In this document: positions 15,103 to 29,400 of the stretch, one piece after another
Position numbering within the stretch: position 1 is the stretch's first letter
How the letters are laid out: every line of letters starts with the position of its first letter
NCBI GenBank assembly: GCA_010405405.1
Contig: MU004230.1
Span: 1,088,627 to 1,152,626 of the forward strand
Direction of reading: 5' to 3'
DNA: 64,000 nucleotides
Source: Microthyrium microscopicum
Lineage: Eukaryota
Position numbers and translations under genes: made by a program
The notes under the pieces: generated by a model
Database searches by the model: none
Told to the model about the DNA's origin: nothing
The model's input: only the letters and a program-made list of their open reading frames with translations

Positions 15103-16608
15103 ATGCTTTCCCTTTTCCGAACCCGATGTGGCCCAAAGGCCTCGAGTGCCTTTGGCTCTATGGTTCAATCCTCAGCTCGCGTCCGATACATGGCAACTGT
15201 CCAAACAACCACAACTGGTCGTGTACCACAGCTCACTCGACCGAAAGGAACTCCTATATCTCGTGAACGTGCTACTTTGACTATCAAGGTAAGACTGCGT
15301 TGACCACGCTTGACATTGGCATTAACTGACTTGGCATAGGACGGCCCCATCTTTCACGGCAAATCCTTTGGAGCAAAGGCCAACATATCCGGTGAAGCAG
15401 TTTTCACTACATCCCTGGTTGGATATCCCGAATCAATGACAGACCCCTCATATCGTGGACAAATCCTCGTCTTCACCCAACCCTTGATTGGAAATTACGG
15501 AGTGCCATCTTCTGCTCGCGATGAGCACGGCCTGCTTCGTTACTTCGAGTCTCCAAATATTCAAGCTGCTGGCATCGTTGTGTCTGATGAAGCAGAACAT
15601 CACAGCCATTGGACCGCCGTTGAAAGTCTAGCGGACTGGTGTGCTCGGGAAGGAGTTCCAGCAATTTCTGGAGTCGACACCCGAGCCATCGTAACATACC
15701 TGAGAGAACAAGGTTCATCTTTGGCTCGATTGGCTATTGGTGAAGAATACGATGCAGATGAAGATGAGGCATACATTGATCCTGAAGGTATCAACTTGGT
15801 CAGACGGGTTTCTACAAAAGCACCTTTCCACGTGGCATCAAACAAGGGCGATCTACACGTTGCTTTGCTCGATTGCGGAGTCAAAGAGAACATTCTTCGA
15901 AGCTTGGTTAGCCGAGGAGCATCTGTAACAGCTTTCCCATTCGATTACCCGATCCACAAGGTGGCTCATCACTTTGATGGTGTTTTCATTTCCAACGGAC
16001 CGGGTGACCCAACCCATTGTCAGGATACAGTTTACCACTTGAAGAAGCTGATGGATGACCACGAACAGCTTCCAATCATGGGAATCTGCATGGGCCATCA
16101 GTTACTTGCCTTGGCAGCCGGAGCCAAGACGATCAAGCTCAAGTATGGAAATCGAGCTCATAACATCCCCGCATTGGATCTGACGACCGGAAAATGCCAC
16201 ATCACTTCGCAGAACCACGGTTATGCGGTTGATGCTACTTCGCTTTCAGCAGAGTGGAAAGAGTATTTCATCAACCTCAACGATTCCAGCAACGAAGGCA
16301 TGATCCATAAGACACGACCAATCTTTTCAGCACAGTTCCATCCAGAAGCAAAGGGTGGACCGCTTGATTCTGCTTGTAAGTAGCATGCATCATTGGCAAA
16401 TGACCAAATACTAATTCTTACAGATCTGTTCGATGCCTATATGGAGAGCGTCTCAAAATACAAGCAGTCGAATGCAAAGTTTCAGAAAGATAACAAGCCT
16501 TCGCCGCTCTTGGTTGATTTGCTCAGCAAAGAGCGAGTGGGCGTACATCCAGGTCTTCCAGATTTCCATGGACATGCAGCTGGCATGGTGGAGGCACAGG
16601 CGGCGTAG
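15103..16608 (+). CDS. CPA1: Carbamoyl-phosphate synthetase, arginine-specific small (glutaminase) subunit, mitochondrial
   Basis: [41 protein letters not shown] (catalytic Cys), [19 protein letters not shown]; introns ~15289-15339 and ~16377-16422. Confidence 0.97.
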
Positions 16609-17413
16609 ATGTTTTGTGGCTGGATAAGCTGGGGGCGAGACTGAAAGACATGGGCATGAGCATGATTGAAAGCTGATGATAGCAATTGTTGGGATTCAAG
16701 GCGTTTAGGGCATACAGGCGTAACTATCAGAATCAATAACGGACAAAATACTTCAAAAACCAAGGCAGCACTGTGTTGAAGGTTAGAAGAGCTAAGTTGT
16801 ATATCCTCTGGATGCGGCTGTTTAGGATCCGAATGGCGGGACATGCGATGGACAAGGATATGTTGGAGCCAGGTGAGTTGATGGTCTCGAAGGATGACTT
16901 AATATAAAGGCATGAAAGAGCTAATATAGGGTAATATCCATGGAGGCTATACCAATAGGTTAGCGGCAATTGTAACGTTGGTGAGAAGAAGAGGCATTAT
17001 AAGTATCACTCTGCAGAGTACAATCACATATACGAGGACTATTAATACTATTGGAGTACTCTAAGCATCTATCTTATACCAAGACTAAGCCAAGAATGGC
17101 GTACACTCAGTGGGGCAAGGGCAATTTGCGTCTGTGGCTGAGTAGCGTTTCGGGTGTACAGCCATCCCGGAAGGAGACTAGTGCTAGTCAGATTCGATCT
17201 TAGCGCTGTCTATCGCATGCAGTGGGACCAATGACAGACTCGCGTGGCGGGCTACTCGGCCAATGGCTGGCAGCTCATTTAGGAAGGGCCAACAAAGAGC
17301 CGGCGACAGTGATGAGAGGCAGGCAAAGACAAGCACTGGTGGGCGGGAAAGAGTGTGAAAGCCCTGGCAGGCTGGCCCAGGACTGAGCACAAGCAACATT
17401 TGAAGAAAACAAC

Positions 17414-17441
17414 CAACGATCAACGACCAACGACCAACGAC
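17414..17441. repeat. Heptamer tandem repeat (CAACGAY)x4
   Basis: CAACGAT CAACGAC CAACGAC CAACGAC upstream of the DUF300 gene. Confidence 0.8.
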
Positions 17442-17937
17442 GAGGCCCTGGCCAAACGCAACGCCTAAGCCTCCTGGATCATCCTCATTTGACTTCGCGG
17501 CTGCTCTCCCTACGCCAACCTTCTCTCTCCCATTCCATTATTCCATACACCTATTCTACCTACTATTCACTCTTCAGCCAGGTTGCTAGAAATACCACAA
17601 CATACATTCGAAACCATCAGACGGGATACTCCTGCCCTTTCCAACCATCGTACCTGCCATACCTTCATTGTCCTCGACCGCTCTTACCTCTTACTCCGTC
17701 ACGCCCATCGCAGCTGCAGCCCCCGGCTAGACGACGTGGATTCCCTAAAGGGCAATTACATCTTGCTTAGTTGCATCAGCGCGCAGCCCGGTGCCTGCCA
17801 ATATAATACTTCTCAACTTCGCCTCAAGCTCAAGTGCTCTATTCAACTTCCCATGCGCCTTAAACTTCTGGTCTCCTCAATTCCTCCTTTGCCCTGGACA
17901 GTTTGCCCTCTGTCGTCAACTCCCATAATTCTTCATA

Positions 17938-19793
17938 ATGGGCGGACAGTGTAATAACACACTGTTCGAGCTGGGCGAAAAAGCCGGTGAGTGCTGACAA
18001 CACACTTTTGGACCCCAACAATTACTAACTTGGCTATAAAGTCGAGGTAGAACAACCGCTGATAGGCACCCTAACATTCCATCAAGTTGGACTCCTCATA
18101 TCTGTGGCATTTGGCGGATTTGCCTGTCTAGTAGCCCTCATCCTCATATTTTTACACGCGACCCATTATTCCGTTCCCAATGAACAAAAACAGTTTGTCT
18201 CTCCTTGGAAGGTATGCGCGCACCGTCAGCTAACAATTGCGACAGTATTATTCGTATTCTTTTTATGATACCCATCTATGCCACCATATCCGTTGTCTCG
18301 TACAAATTCTATACACATGCGCTATACTGGGAAGTCTTGCGCGACTGTTACGAGGCGTTTGCCATTTCCAGTTTCTTTGCCCTGCTTTGCAACTACTGCG
18401 AACCTACTCTTAAGGAGCAGAAGAACTTCTTCAGAAACATTCCAAGAGTAAAGAACTGGGTTCTTCCAATCAACTGGTTCCAGGGATGTTTTGGTGGTAG
18501 AGATGAGGGTGTCCTGCGGAGACCCAGAAGTGGCTTGACATGGTTCAACGTATGTGATATACCTATCATAACGGGATACATGCTGACAAAACTAGATCAT
18601 CTGGGTTGGTGTCTTCCAATATTGTTTCATTCGCGTTGTCATGACCTTTACTTCCATGATTACTCAACTGCTGGATCGATACTGCGAATCCTCGCTCAAT
18701 CCGGTATTTGCACATATCTGGGTTCTGGCGGTCAACGCTTTATCCGTGACAATCGCAATGTACTGTTTGATCCAGTTCTACGTTCAACTGAAAGACGAAT
18801 TGAAACATCACAAGCCTTTCCTCAAGGTAGCCTGCATCAAACTGGTCATCTTCTTTTCTTTCTGGCAATCAGTAAGTTCCAAGTTCTGCAAGTTAGTGCT
18901 ATAATTAGCTGCTAACATACTCGAAGCTTTTCATTTCTTTCTTCTCTTCTGGTAACAACCCAATCATAACCACAGGCCCGAGAGTTTCATATGTGGATGT
19001 CAAGGTTGGCATTCCATGCGTACTTCTTACCATCGAAATGGCCATATTCTCAATTCTCCACATTTTCGCCTTCCCATACAAGCCATATGATATCAAAAAT
19101 TCATCGGCTCCAAGCGCATACTACTATGGTGGCTTTCTCGGCTTTTACGCACTCGTTGACACCTTCAATCCATGGGACATTATCAAAGCTGGAGCGCGCG
19201 GTTTCCGTTGGCTATTTGTCGGCATTCGAAAACGACATGACGATGTTTCCTACAAGATGGAACCAGGTATGAGCAGTAAAGAAATCAACCTTAGAAAGTT
19301 ACACGCCGACGAGGATTCATATGAGAACGACATGTCTACAGCACAGCACAACAAATACAATAGCCCAAAGCTACAAAACGAGCCACTTGGTGGTCCGCCG
19401 CAATCGCTTGGTATCACTAGACGACCAACAAACGACGACGATTTTAACGATCGCGCAGCGCTGCTCAATCATACTCAGCGACCACCAATGGCTGGTTTCC
19501 CAGATAATAACCTATCGCATCCACCTTCTGGAATGAGCACCCCACAATACCGTCATGGTAGCCCAGCCCCAGCCTACGCACCGTACCAGCAACAATCTTC
19601 CACATATCAAAGTCTGATGCCTCATGCAAGCCCCAATTTGCCGCCGATAGAGCGCATCAACACACCACCATCGCCAATCGATCCTGGCGCTCCAGTAGGT
19701 CACGCGGTGACAACAAACGAGCGAGCAGAGCAGCGGATAGACCATACATCCCGGTTACCGCGTCAAGGGACACGAGGAATGGACAGGCGATAA
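17938..19793 (+). CDS. TMEM184/OST-alpha (DUF300) family membrane protein; about 5 exons
   Basis: HATHYSVPNEQK, IIRILFMIPIYA, RDCYEAFAISSFF, HKPFLKVACIKLVIFFSFWQ, IEMAIFSILHIFAFPYKPY; Pro-rich tail. Confidence 0.88.
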
Positions 19794-20015
19794 GTTAAGC
19801 ATGAAGACGATTGATGACTCGGAAAGAAATTATATTGGTTTAATACAGGCGTTTTGACAATGCTTCATGTGTATCATATCACCAGCGGTCTTTATGAGCG
19901 GTGTTTGGGGTCTTGCGATCATCCCATTTTGCTTGTATATACCACTTTTGGCATTGTTTTTGGCGTAGAGCCTTGTGTGCAAGACCATGAAATTCATTAT
20001 TACAGAAATGCTGCT

Positions 20016-21093
20016 TCATTTTGCGTGATGTACCAGGCGCTCATACAGCTCATCTGGTATCCTGGGTATAAAACTGATGGCAATAGCCCGAATTTTACTG
20101 GCTTGTAATGGTGGAAAGGAGCGGAGTACTTGATTTGGACTGGTTCAAATTAGCCATTCGACCGTTTGCAACGTTGATGTGCTTGTCAACATACCTTTCC
20201 GCACTCAAGATCTGATCCCTAATAAGCACCAGCTGCGCAACAATGCACAGTATATTCAAATGCATCCCATACGCAAACAAAAAATCCCACAACTGCAGTA
20301 CCTCCGGCAGCGGCGGCGTGCAAGCACACATTGTCAGCACACTGGGAAACGCATAAATACTCGCATGCAGTCCCTTGCTCGTCAAGTACGCATACAACTT
20401 CGGATCGCAAATCCCCAACACCTCATCCACCAACGCCAACCCGCGATGCACACCCTCCATACTCCCCCGTATATAGCCCGGACACTCCCGCCGTATAAAC
20501 GCATCAAACGCCGCAAACGCCTCCGCCTCACTGCGCGCAACATACAGAAACGGCGCAGCCAACACATTCATGCCCTGCACATAGCCCACATAATCCGTCT
20601 TCTCGCCCGCCTGACTTCCACCCGCTCCACCACCCGCATCACTTCTCAGCGAACTCGTATCTGGCGGCGGCGGACTACTCGCCGGATTCAGCGTTGGCGG
20701 ACTAAGCCAGCCATTAACCCGCGCCTCATGCGCATCATGCAACTTCCACGCCACCGCATTCAGCACACGGGTAAGGCTATTTTCGCTAACTTTTCGGCGG
20801 AACAGCGGATCGGTTGCGAGGGTGCGGAACGTGTCGTTGCGGATTTTACTGTATGCGGGGGAGGATCCTTGGTGCACGAGATCGATGTAGACGTCTGTGG
20901 AGACGGGGGGTGAGTCGAGGAGGATGAGCCAGAGGTAGATGCGGATGTCGGATTGGCCGTCGGCGCTGGCGGGGATGCCGTCGATGAGGACTTTGTAGCG
21001 CAGGTCGGAGAGGGCGGTGGAGATGGTGGTGGTTTGTGGGCCGCGGCGGAGGAGGGTGTCAAAGTCGGTGTTTGGGGATATGGTTTGGGACAT
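20016..21093 (-). CDS. BUB2: Mitotic checkpoint TBC-domain GAP Bub2/Cdc16; one intron (~20194-20141)
   Basis: KIRNDTFRTLATD (Arg finger), YVQGMNVLAAPFLY (Gln finger), LCACTPPL-like MCACTPPLPEVLQLWDFLFAYG, LRSFPPL. Confidence 0.93.
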
Positions 21094-23129
21094 GGTTGCT
21101 GGATTTTGTGGTGGTTTTGGAGGTGGTGGGGTTGGAGGGCCCACAGTATGGTCTCCGGAGGGAGCGGGAGGAGAATTGGATGTCGGCGAAGATTGAATTG
21201 TTGAGCAAAAGCAAAGGTAGAATTGTGATTGGTGTTTGGATGGATTGATGTTAAGCAGCGCGTCTCACGCGTTTGGATTCTCGAGAGTCGCGTCAAGAGA
21301 GCTATCACGTGCGGTGGGTCTAGGCTAGGCTGAGATTCAGCCTCGCGGAAGCCACCCATCAATTCTTTGATCGTCAATGCTTCTGCAAGCTTCATGCTAA
21401 TCTTGCCCGTTAATCGATGAGCAATCACGACGCATTATTGTATACACCACCATCAGCTATCGGGCTCAAATCAAATTACGGTATGTTACGACCCTCGTTC
21501 TGCGACCTACCAGTCGCCGTCGTATATCACTTTGAAATCGCAAACTCTTCAAGAAGCACTAAGACTGCGAAGAGCATGGAACACGATATATATTGAGTGA
21601 AATGCTAGCTAGCTCATCGGCCCGACCAGGCACGCGACCAGAACCAGACAATTGGGACCAACAAGCTCGCCAATGCGCAGAAGTGCTCTTTTCCACACTG
21701 ATATCCTGGTTCGGGAGTACGCTGAGAGCTTTTTGTGACCAGCGCGCCAAAAGCGCCATGCGCAAATTGATTCTCACCGAAACCAACAACTTCATCAACT
21801 GTCAATGGTTGCATGCACTATTATTTGATATTTCAGATGCTGCGAGTGCATCGAGACCCCAGAGTTGGTTTGCATGGGAATGACCCAAGATCTGGGTACG
21901 TCTGGCACCAGCTCTAGATGCAAGAAAGGATTAGTCGTTGCAAAGAATTATTGGCACACAGAGATTTCATTTCCACCCTTTACACATTTGTTAGGTAAAG
22001 CAGAGTGATATTTGCCTCTTATGATGGTGTAATGACTTGAACCAAATGCTGATATTTTACCGATCGTGAGTAGTCGTACCTAAAGTACTAGAACAGGGAA
22101 AGGGAAGGTTAAAACGAAGACAGATATTGGCAATTGCCAGGGCAAAATGACGCGATATACACGAATGCTTTCGCAATTCGGCCATTTGGGCAGCGTGGGC
22201 ACGTCATTGGTTGATAGTCAGCCTCCTTGGTCCGCGCTGGTCCGCAAGCTCGCTTGTTGACGCTTGTTGGCTGCAACCGGCTGCAAGCGTAAGCTCCCAG
22301 AGCTCCAACATCCAAACACCACAACTGTTTTTCAACTTCACCTCTCCAAAAAGCCTTGGATTACCCAGCCTTACCCACGCCTAGCCACCTTGAGTTTACG
22401 CTTGACCTTGACCTTGAGCTCGTCTCATCATCCAGATGCTGGAACCCAGCTGAGCCTACGCCCAGTGCTTCGGGTTTGCGCATCTAGCTGCTAGACCTCT
22501 TCCTATTTGCTGGCTTGTCCTTCCTGAAAGGATATGGACCGAATTTAAACACCAGTCAGTCTGCATGAATGACGATCATTCCAAGGCGATTACAAGGTGC
22601 CCGGGTGTCGATGATCAGAAGCTAGAGTTTGTAAGAAGAGAATATCAATTTTTAGCGCAAGAAATCCACCCAGTAGTGCGTTTAGTATCCGCCTTCTAAA
22701 CCATGGCTCCGCAATCCCAAAGTGACACCATAGATTTCTGGGCGTTGTCAAGATATTTCTCCTTTCAAAATCAGTAGCACCACCGTCCACAACATGCATA
22801 CCTGACTGTATGTTTTCCTGCAGGTCGAGACCATTCCCCCACACGATTCTAGCCGCTCGACAGTCATTGCACACAATTCGTGGCTTATATCGCCATTTGT
22901 TAGTTTTACACAGGTTGTAGAAAAAAGCACATCAAACCTTGTACCATAAAACCCTGCGTAGCACCACCTTGATTGCACTTGCAGCTTGCATTCCTATTCC
23001 CAAGTTGTTGGATTTGACTCTCAAACGCTTCCTGCCAATACACCGGCACTCATAGGCACTTGCCATACTTGCTCCAACAAAGCAAGCTCTTTCCAACCGG
23101 TGGACAACTTGACCTGTATCTAGTCCATC

Positions 23130-25724
23130 ATGGCACACGAGTAAGTCTTCGCCGTCCGCTTCCTATATTTCTATCATGGTCAATGCGGCTCCTGGCTTCC
23201 GCCAACGTTTCATTTTGTTCCTAGAAGACCACCTGAATGAGAACAAAGATCCTAACTATCACTACAGACGAGGTGGCGAGTCCATCTACTCCGTCTCGAC
23301 GGCTGACGGATATATCGAAGAAGAGCCAACTGTGAAAGAGTATTTGAAAGAGATTACACCCACCGGAAAAGAGGTTCTTGGCTATTTCTCAGGCTTGTTT
23401 CCCTTCATACACTGGATTACCCGGTACAACCTCCAATGGCTCGCTGGTGACCTAATCGCTGGTATCACGGTCGCCGCTGTCGTCGTTCCCCAAAGCATGG
23501 CTTACGCGAAGTTGGCGAATCTCGCGCCAGAATTTGGTCTCTACTCTTCCTTCATGGGTGTTATAATCTACTGGTTCTTCGCCACATCCAAGGATATTAC
23601 CATTGGGGTATGTTTCTGATATCACTTCTTGGTCGATTTGATCTGAAGTACTGACTTTTCATAGCCTGTCGCAGTTCTATCTACCCTAGTTGGTACTGTC
23701 GTCACAGACGTTCAAAAGCATAACCCAAAGATACAAGGCTACGTTATTGCAAGCGCGCTTGCTGTAATATCTGGTGCTGTGGTTACCTTCATGGGCTTGA
23801 TCCGCATAGGCTGGATTGTTGATTTCATCTCTTTGACTGCTATCGCCGCCTTCATGACTGGATCTGCCATCAATATTGCTGTAGGACAAATTCCGACCTT
23901 GATGGGTATCACTGGCTTCAATACACGCGATTCGACTTACAAGGTTGTGATCAATATCTTGAAGCATCTGGGAAGAACCAAGCTCGACGCCGCCATGGGT
24001 CTCACTGCATTGACTATGCTGTACGTGATCCGCATTGGATGCAGTCAAGCATCAAAGCGATGGCCTCGGAAGCAAAAGATCTTCTTTTTCCTCTCCACTC
24101 TCCGCACGGTTTTTGTCATTCTCCTCTACACCATGATCAGCTGGCTAGTCAACCGTCACCACAAGAAGAAGCCTAGTTTCGTTATCCTTGGCACTGTTCC
24201 TCGAGGTTTCCAACATGCCGGAAAGCCATTCATTGACAAGCACTTGATATCAGCATTTGCCGGACATTTGCCCTCGACAATTATTGTTATGTTGATAGAG
24301 CATATCTCCATTTCCAAATCTTTCGGTCGAGTAAACAATTATCAGATCAATCCTTCCCAAGAACTTGTTGCCATGGGCGTTACCAACCTTCTCGGACCAT
24401 TCCTAGGCGCCTATCCTGCGACAGGTTCATTCTCCCGTACTGCTATCAAGTCAAAGGCTGGCGTCCGAACTCCACTTGCCGGCGTAATCACTGGTCTTGT
24501 GGTTCTCATCGCTATTTACGCTTTGACCTCGGTGTTCTTTTACATCTCCAGCGCTGCGCTTGCGGCCGTTATTATCCATGCCGTAGGAGATTTGATAACG
24601 TCACCAAAGACACTGTACAAGTTCTGGAAAATCTCGCCACTGGAGGTGCCAATCTTCCTCGTAGGAGTTTTTGTAACTGTTTTCAGCAGCATTGAGAATG
24701 GTATCTACTGCACAATCATCATATCTGCGGTACTGCTCGTCTTCCGACTTGCAAAGGCTCGAGGTCGATTCCTCGGCAGAGTCAAGATTCACTCCGTTGT
24801 TGGTGAACCCGGATCTGCTGAACATTTGCAGTCCAAGGGAGAATTTGCATCCACCAGCGTCGTTAGCGCATTCGAGGATTCCAAGGCCACCCGCAATGCT
24901 TTCTTGCCAATTGATCATCATGATGGCTCCAATCCGCTGATCGAGCCTGTGGCACCATACCCAGGCGTCTTCATCTTCCGCTTCTCTGAAGGCTACAACT
25001 ACCCCAACTGCTTCCACTATCTCGACTATCTCACCAAATATATCTTCGACAACACCCAGCGGACTAATCCTCAAGCCTTCCCAAGACTCGGTGTAAGTTT
25101 TCTCCCTAAAAACCCGATACTCAAGACTAACGTTTGTAGGATCGTCCATGGAACGACCCAGGTCCACGCCGTGGCAAATCCCTCCCAGTCAACAACAACC
25201 CCCATCTCAAAGCCATCATCCTCGATTTCTCCTCCGTCAACAACGTCGACGTCACATCCGTCCAAAATCTCATCGACGTCCGCAACCAACTCGACCGCTA
25301 CACCGCCCCTGAGACCGTCGAGTGGCATTTCGCCTCCATCAACAACCGCTGGACCAAACGTGCCCTCGCCGCCGCCGGCTTCGGCTACATCAACGAGCCC
25401 ACCGAGTCTGGCGAGCGCCATGTCTGGAAGCCAATCTTCAGCGTCGCCGAGATTGGCGGCGACGATTCAGCCGCCCACGCTGCCCAAGAAATTGAGCGCA
25501 GAAATACAGTCTCCAACGACCCAGAGACTGGGTTTAAGAGCCACGCCAATGGTGCGACAGTCGGCAAGGTCGCTGCAGTGCATGGTGTCAACCGCCCGCT
25601 CTTCCATGTGGACTTGACCAGTGCCGTGCAAAGTGCCATCCACTCAGCACGCAACCGGCCACAGGCGCAGGTTGAGTTTGGCACGCCATCGCCGCAAACA
25701 GAGGCAGAAGCGGAGCTTAAGTAG
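23130..25724 (+). CDS. SulP/SLC26 sulfate permease with STAS domain; about 4 exons
   Basis: GDLIAGITVAAVVVPQSMAYAKLA, FGLYSSFMG, TGSFSRTAIKSKAGVRTP, STAS ILDFSSVNNVDVTSVQNLID; introns 23141-23224, ~23608-23663, ~25093-25139. Confidence 0.95.
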
Positions 25725-26449
25725 ACCCCACATACCCAAAAAAGCTCCTTTCTTTTTTTTTTCGAGGACAAATCTTCATACATATTGTTTCTATAATACA
25801 TTACTGACTGTTGGCTGGGAGTCACGCCTTGGTCTTGGTCATAGCGAGAGGCCAGATTGGGTTGGCAGTTGGATGCAAACGAATTGATACCACTTTGCGA
25901 TTAGTGCTAGATGTCTATATGTGTTTCGAGAGACGCAAGGCATGGGCTGAATGTAGCTTTTATTTCCTAATGTAATTCTTTAATAAAATACTCTGTCGAC
26001 AGATGTCGTCTGAGTTGCAACGTTCATCTTACTCGATCTTACACTCCAGTACGCACCAGACCAAATTTTGGTTAAGATATACGCTGTGACCACATCAACG
26101 CATATTGTTAGGTGAGGTTGGACCAACTGTTTGAAGCGCACTTTTATATATTCTTTCTAAGCAGGGTATCTTAACCGTCTATTTCAAGGATCCGCCTACC
26201 CGCAAAACTAAAAACAATACCCGCAGGTGTGTATGCACCCATCAGACCCGAATAGACATCAAATTCGGCCCATACCATTTCATACATACAACACTTTGCT
26301 GTCGAAAAGCCACCCTACGCACTCCGCCATAAACCAGCAATGTTTTTCAAGACACCATTGCCTTTTCCACCGACAATTGAACCTATAACTAGTAATCATA
26401 ACAGCCCAGAGCACAAATGAACCTGTTATTGCCTCGAATTTCCATCGGC

Positions 26450-29400
26450 TTAAGCTGATAGCTTCAAGCGCTCAAGTCGTTGTTCTAATGCCATTAGCTT
26501 TGCATGACCATTGGTTTCCTCCTGAACCCAGACATCAGGCTCATCGTCAGAGTCAGAATCTTCCTGAGACAAGGTCTCTGCTGTCGAGGGTGTTTCCGCT
26601 CCTCCCGCAATTGCTTCATCGCCACTGACACCTTCGATTGGCGTCGAGTCTTTCGTGGTGTTGCTAGAAGTATCTGCGGAGGAGGTGGTGTCTAGCTTCA
26701 AGCTGAAGCTAGGCCGTTGGGTCCAGTATGGAGCAATGTCCTTACCGATTTCACGGGTTGTAACACTCGTCGTGTTTGTTGCTTCCACCCATAGTGGTCT
26801 CGAATCAGGAACTTCCTCTTGCGTGTTGATAGTTGTAGGGGTCATCACTTTGTGTCTATAATTTAGCGGTAAGACTGTCGTAGTGCTTCCTGCGCTAGAT
26901 GGTGGTCCTGTTGATTCCGAACGGCCACCTCCTCGCAAATCACGAGACTCGGGAGATTCCATGGGAGATATAGATGGTGTTTGCGGACTGACTGAGCGAG
27001 AAGCCGAGCTCAGCAATACCACATCCTCACCCTCAGCAGACGCCACAATCATAGCATCTTGTTCGTCATCACTGGCCATCTTCTCGAGCTTTTGGAAAGC
27101 TATTGCTTCTTCAGAGTTTACCTCCGACATCAGAGATGGAGTCATGACCCCCGGTGTGCTAACCGTCTTCTCAGATGCCTGGTCGTTGCCAACCTCTCCT
27201 GGATAACCTCTAAGGTCATCGCTCGAGCCATCATCAAACATTGGCTGTAAGTCAGTTGGGCTGACCGGAACCACAACCTTCTTCGCTACTCGTCGTTGTC
27301 CAGAAGAAAGGATGCTGACTTTCTGATCTTGGTGATATTGGCCTGTGGCTATAGCACCGAGTTCTCGAACAAAAATCCAGGGGAACGAGATTAGTGGCAT
27401 GTCCTTTGCAGTTTTCTGTCGAAGTGGCATAGTTTGTCCCTCATCATTCACGCTCGTTTGCTCACATTCCAGGAGAGCCGAACGAACCTCTTCCGAGGTG
27501 ACCTTGTACATACCTGCAATGAAAGGGCCCATGAGATGATATTCATTTCCGCCAGCAACTCGAATGCACTCCTCTCGAAAGTAGTCTTTGTGACTTTGGG
27601 CGATCTGACCCAACTCTTCGGCAAAGGTGTAATCCTTTTTCTCAAAGTTGTGGTTGATCACAAAGGCTGTGAAAACCTCGTACTCTGTAGCAATGCCGTA
27701 CTTGGCCATGATACGACGGATGTCTGAGTCATATTCTACTTTGATTGCTGCAATCTTTTCGCGGAGATCGTGGTCTAGATCATAGGCCGAAAGTATTCGC
27801 TCATCAAATGGGGTGTCCCACACAGGCTCGAAATCAACTCGCTCAATCATGTCATAGAGCTGGCCCAGAATTTGTTTCGAAGTGTATGTCTGATATTTCG
27901 TTTTATACCGCTTTTCCATGAAATGAGGCCACTTCGGCGGTTGCTGATGACGTTCCATTACAGCTGGAATGCCGCTCTTCGCATAATCGACAGCGTCAGA
28001 ATGTAACTTGGCTAAGCCAATACACTTTTCGTCCATAACTCCATCCTTCTTCTGGTCAGCCCAAGCCAGATGGGCATGAGCAATCTTTGGCAGCACGTCA
28101 TTCTTCATGTACTGTATGAAAAATTCAATCATATCATTGGTAGTGACGTCTTTGTCGAGGACGCGAGGCTTTTGAGCTTCGTACTCCATGGGCTTCTCGT
28201 TCCACTTTTTGGGAAACAAACGAGGATCCCAGATGACGAGGTAGTCATCCCCGTCGAGGTCTCCACCTGAACACATGCTTGGAACATCACGGTCTCCGGT
28301 TTGGGCAAAAACGACTACGTTTTTCAGGTGACGCAGTTCTGGCTTGTCGACTGCGCGGGCCATTCGAATATCACCAGGGTGTAAGGATGGGTTGCGAGCA
28401 ACAGCCACCAAGCCATTAAGCACTCGATAAGTTCCGCGACGCTCATCATCAACTTGAACGAAAACCTCTGGTAAAGCTGTCATTCTTTCTTCCAAAGAAG
28501 CGTCATCAGGAACTTGTCGGCCGACGTAATAGCCATCGAGGACACCGTATTCGTCTACGCAACCTAGGAGGCACCCACCAGTAGACCGAGAGCCATCACT
28601 GACAAAGATCTTTGCTTTCTCTTTCAAGTACTTGACGGTCCAACTTCGCCATAGACGGAGAACGGAGACTAGAAATGGATCATTCGAGTCCATAAAGCCA
28701 TCTAAGACCATTCCAGCGACCATAATGGTCATCTGATTGAAGTCGACGTTTTTCTGAAGTAATGATAAGGCAACGGACTTGTCACTCATCGCAAGCTCCA
28801 AATCAGCCAACATTGACTTGAGCATGTCGATAAATGCAGAACCATCGACGCCCAGGGCGGTAAGAACTAGAATGATTTGACGATTTAGAGTAGCTGAAAC
28901 AAACTGCGAGACTCTAATGACTTCAAGACCAAGATTCCGACCCTCGAACTTGTTCTGCGAAGGTCGAATATGAATTTCCGAGGTTTGAACTTCTGGCGCA
29001 ACAGCAAGAACGCCCTTGCAGCCGGCAATGCGGAATTGTACCACAGATGGAGGATCATTGATCTTGTTGGGAAGCTTGAATTCGGCTGCAATCATTTTCG
29101 CAAGGAATAATGATATTTTGCCTACACCATCGGTAAAACATCGATCATTTCGATTGACATCAGCCAAGCTAGTCTTGATCGTGACTCCCGTGCTAATGGC
29201 TCGTGTTGTGGAGAAATTTTGACCGTGTCTTGCACAGTATTTTGACACAATGCGGATGGATGCCATGTCACCGAATTCACGTCGTATGAGATCCGCTGTC
29301 GTGTTCGACAGAGTTTGTGGCGCAAAGAAATAAGCACTGTGCTCACGGAACTGGGAATTGCCAAAACCAAGAAACTCGTATCGACGACCTCCAATGAACA

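Noticed and set aside
20179..20913. 244-aa antisense ORF over BUB2 (similarly 2187-2819 over MET3, 60392-60808 and 59980-60720 over Pol X, 24601-25167 over the permease)
   Set aside because: Shadow ORFs of strongly codon-biased genes on the other strand; no recognisable domains
20200..21150. GC-richer composition of BUB2 suggesting horizontal transfer
   Set aside because: Ordinary fungal BUB2 with an intron; similar shifts occur in the 3' parts of the permease, palI and Pol X
25093..25617. Ser/Thr/Pro-rich C-terminus in the 612-aa permease ORF suggesting a mucin-like tail or frameshift
   Set aside because: Artefact of reading through a GTAAGT...TAG intron (~25093-25139); the spliced frame gives a normal STAS domain
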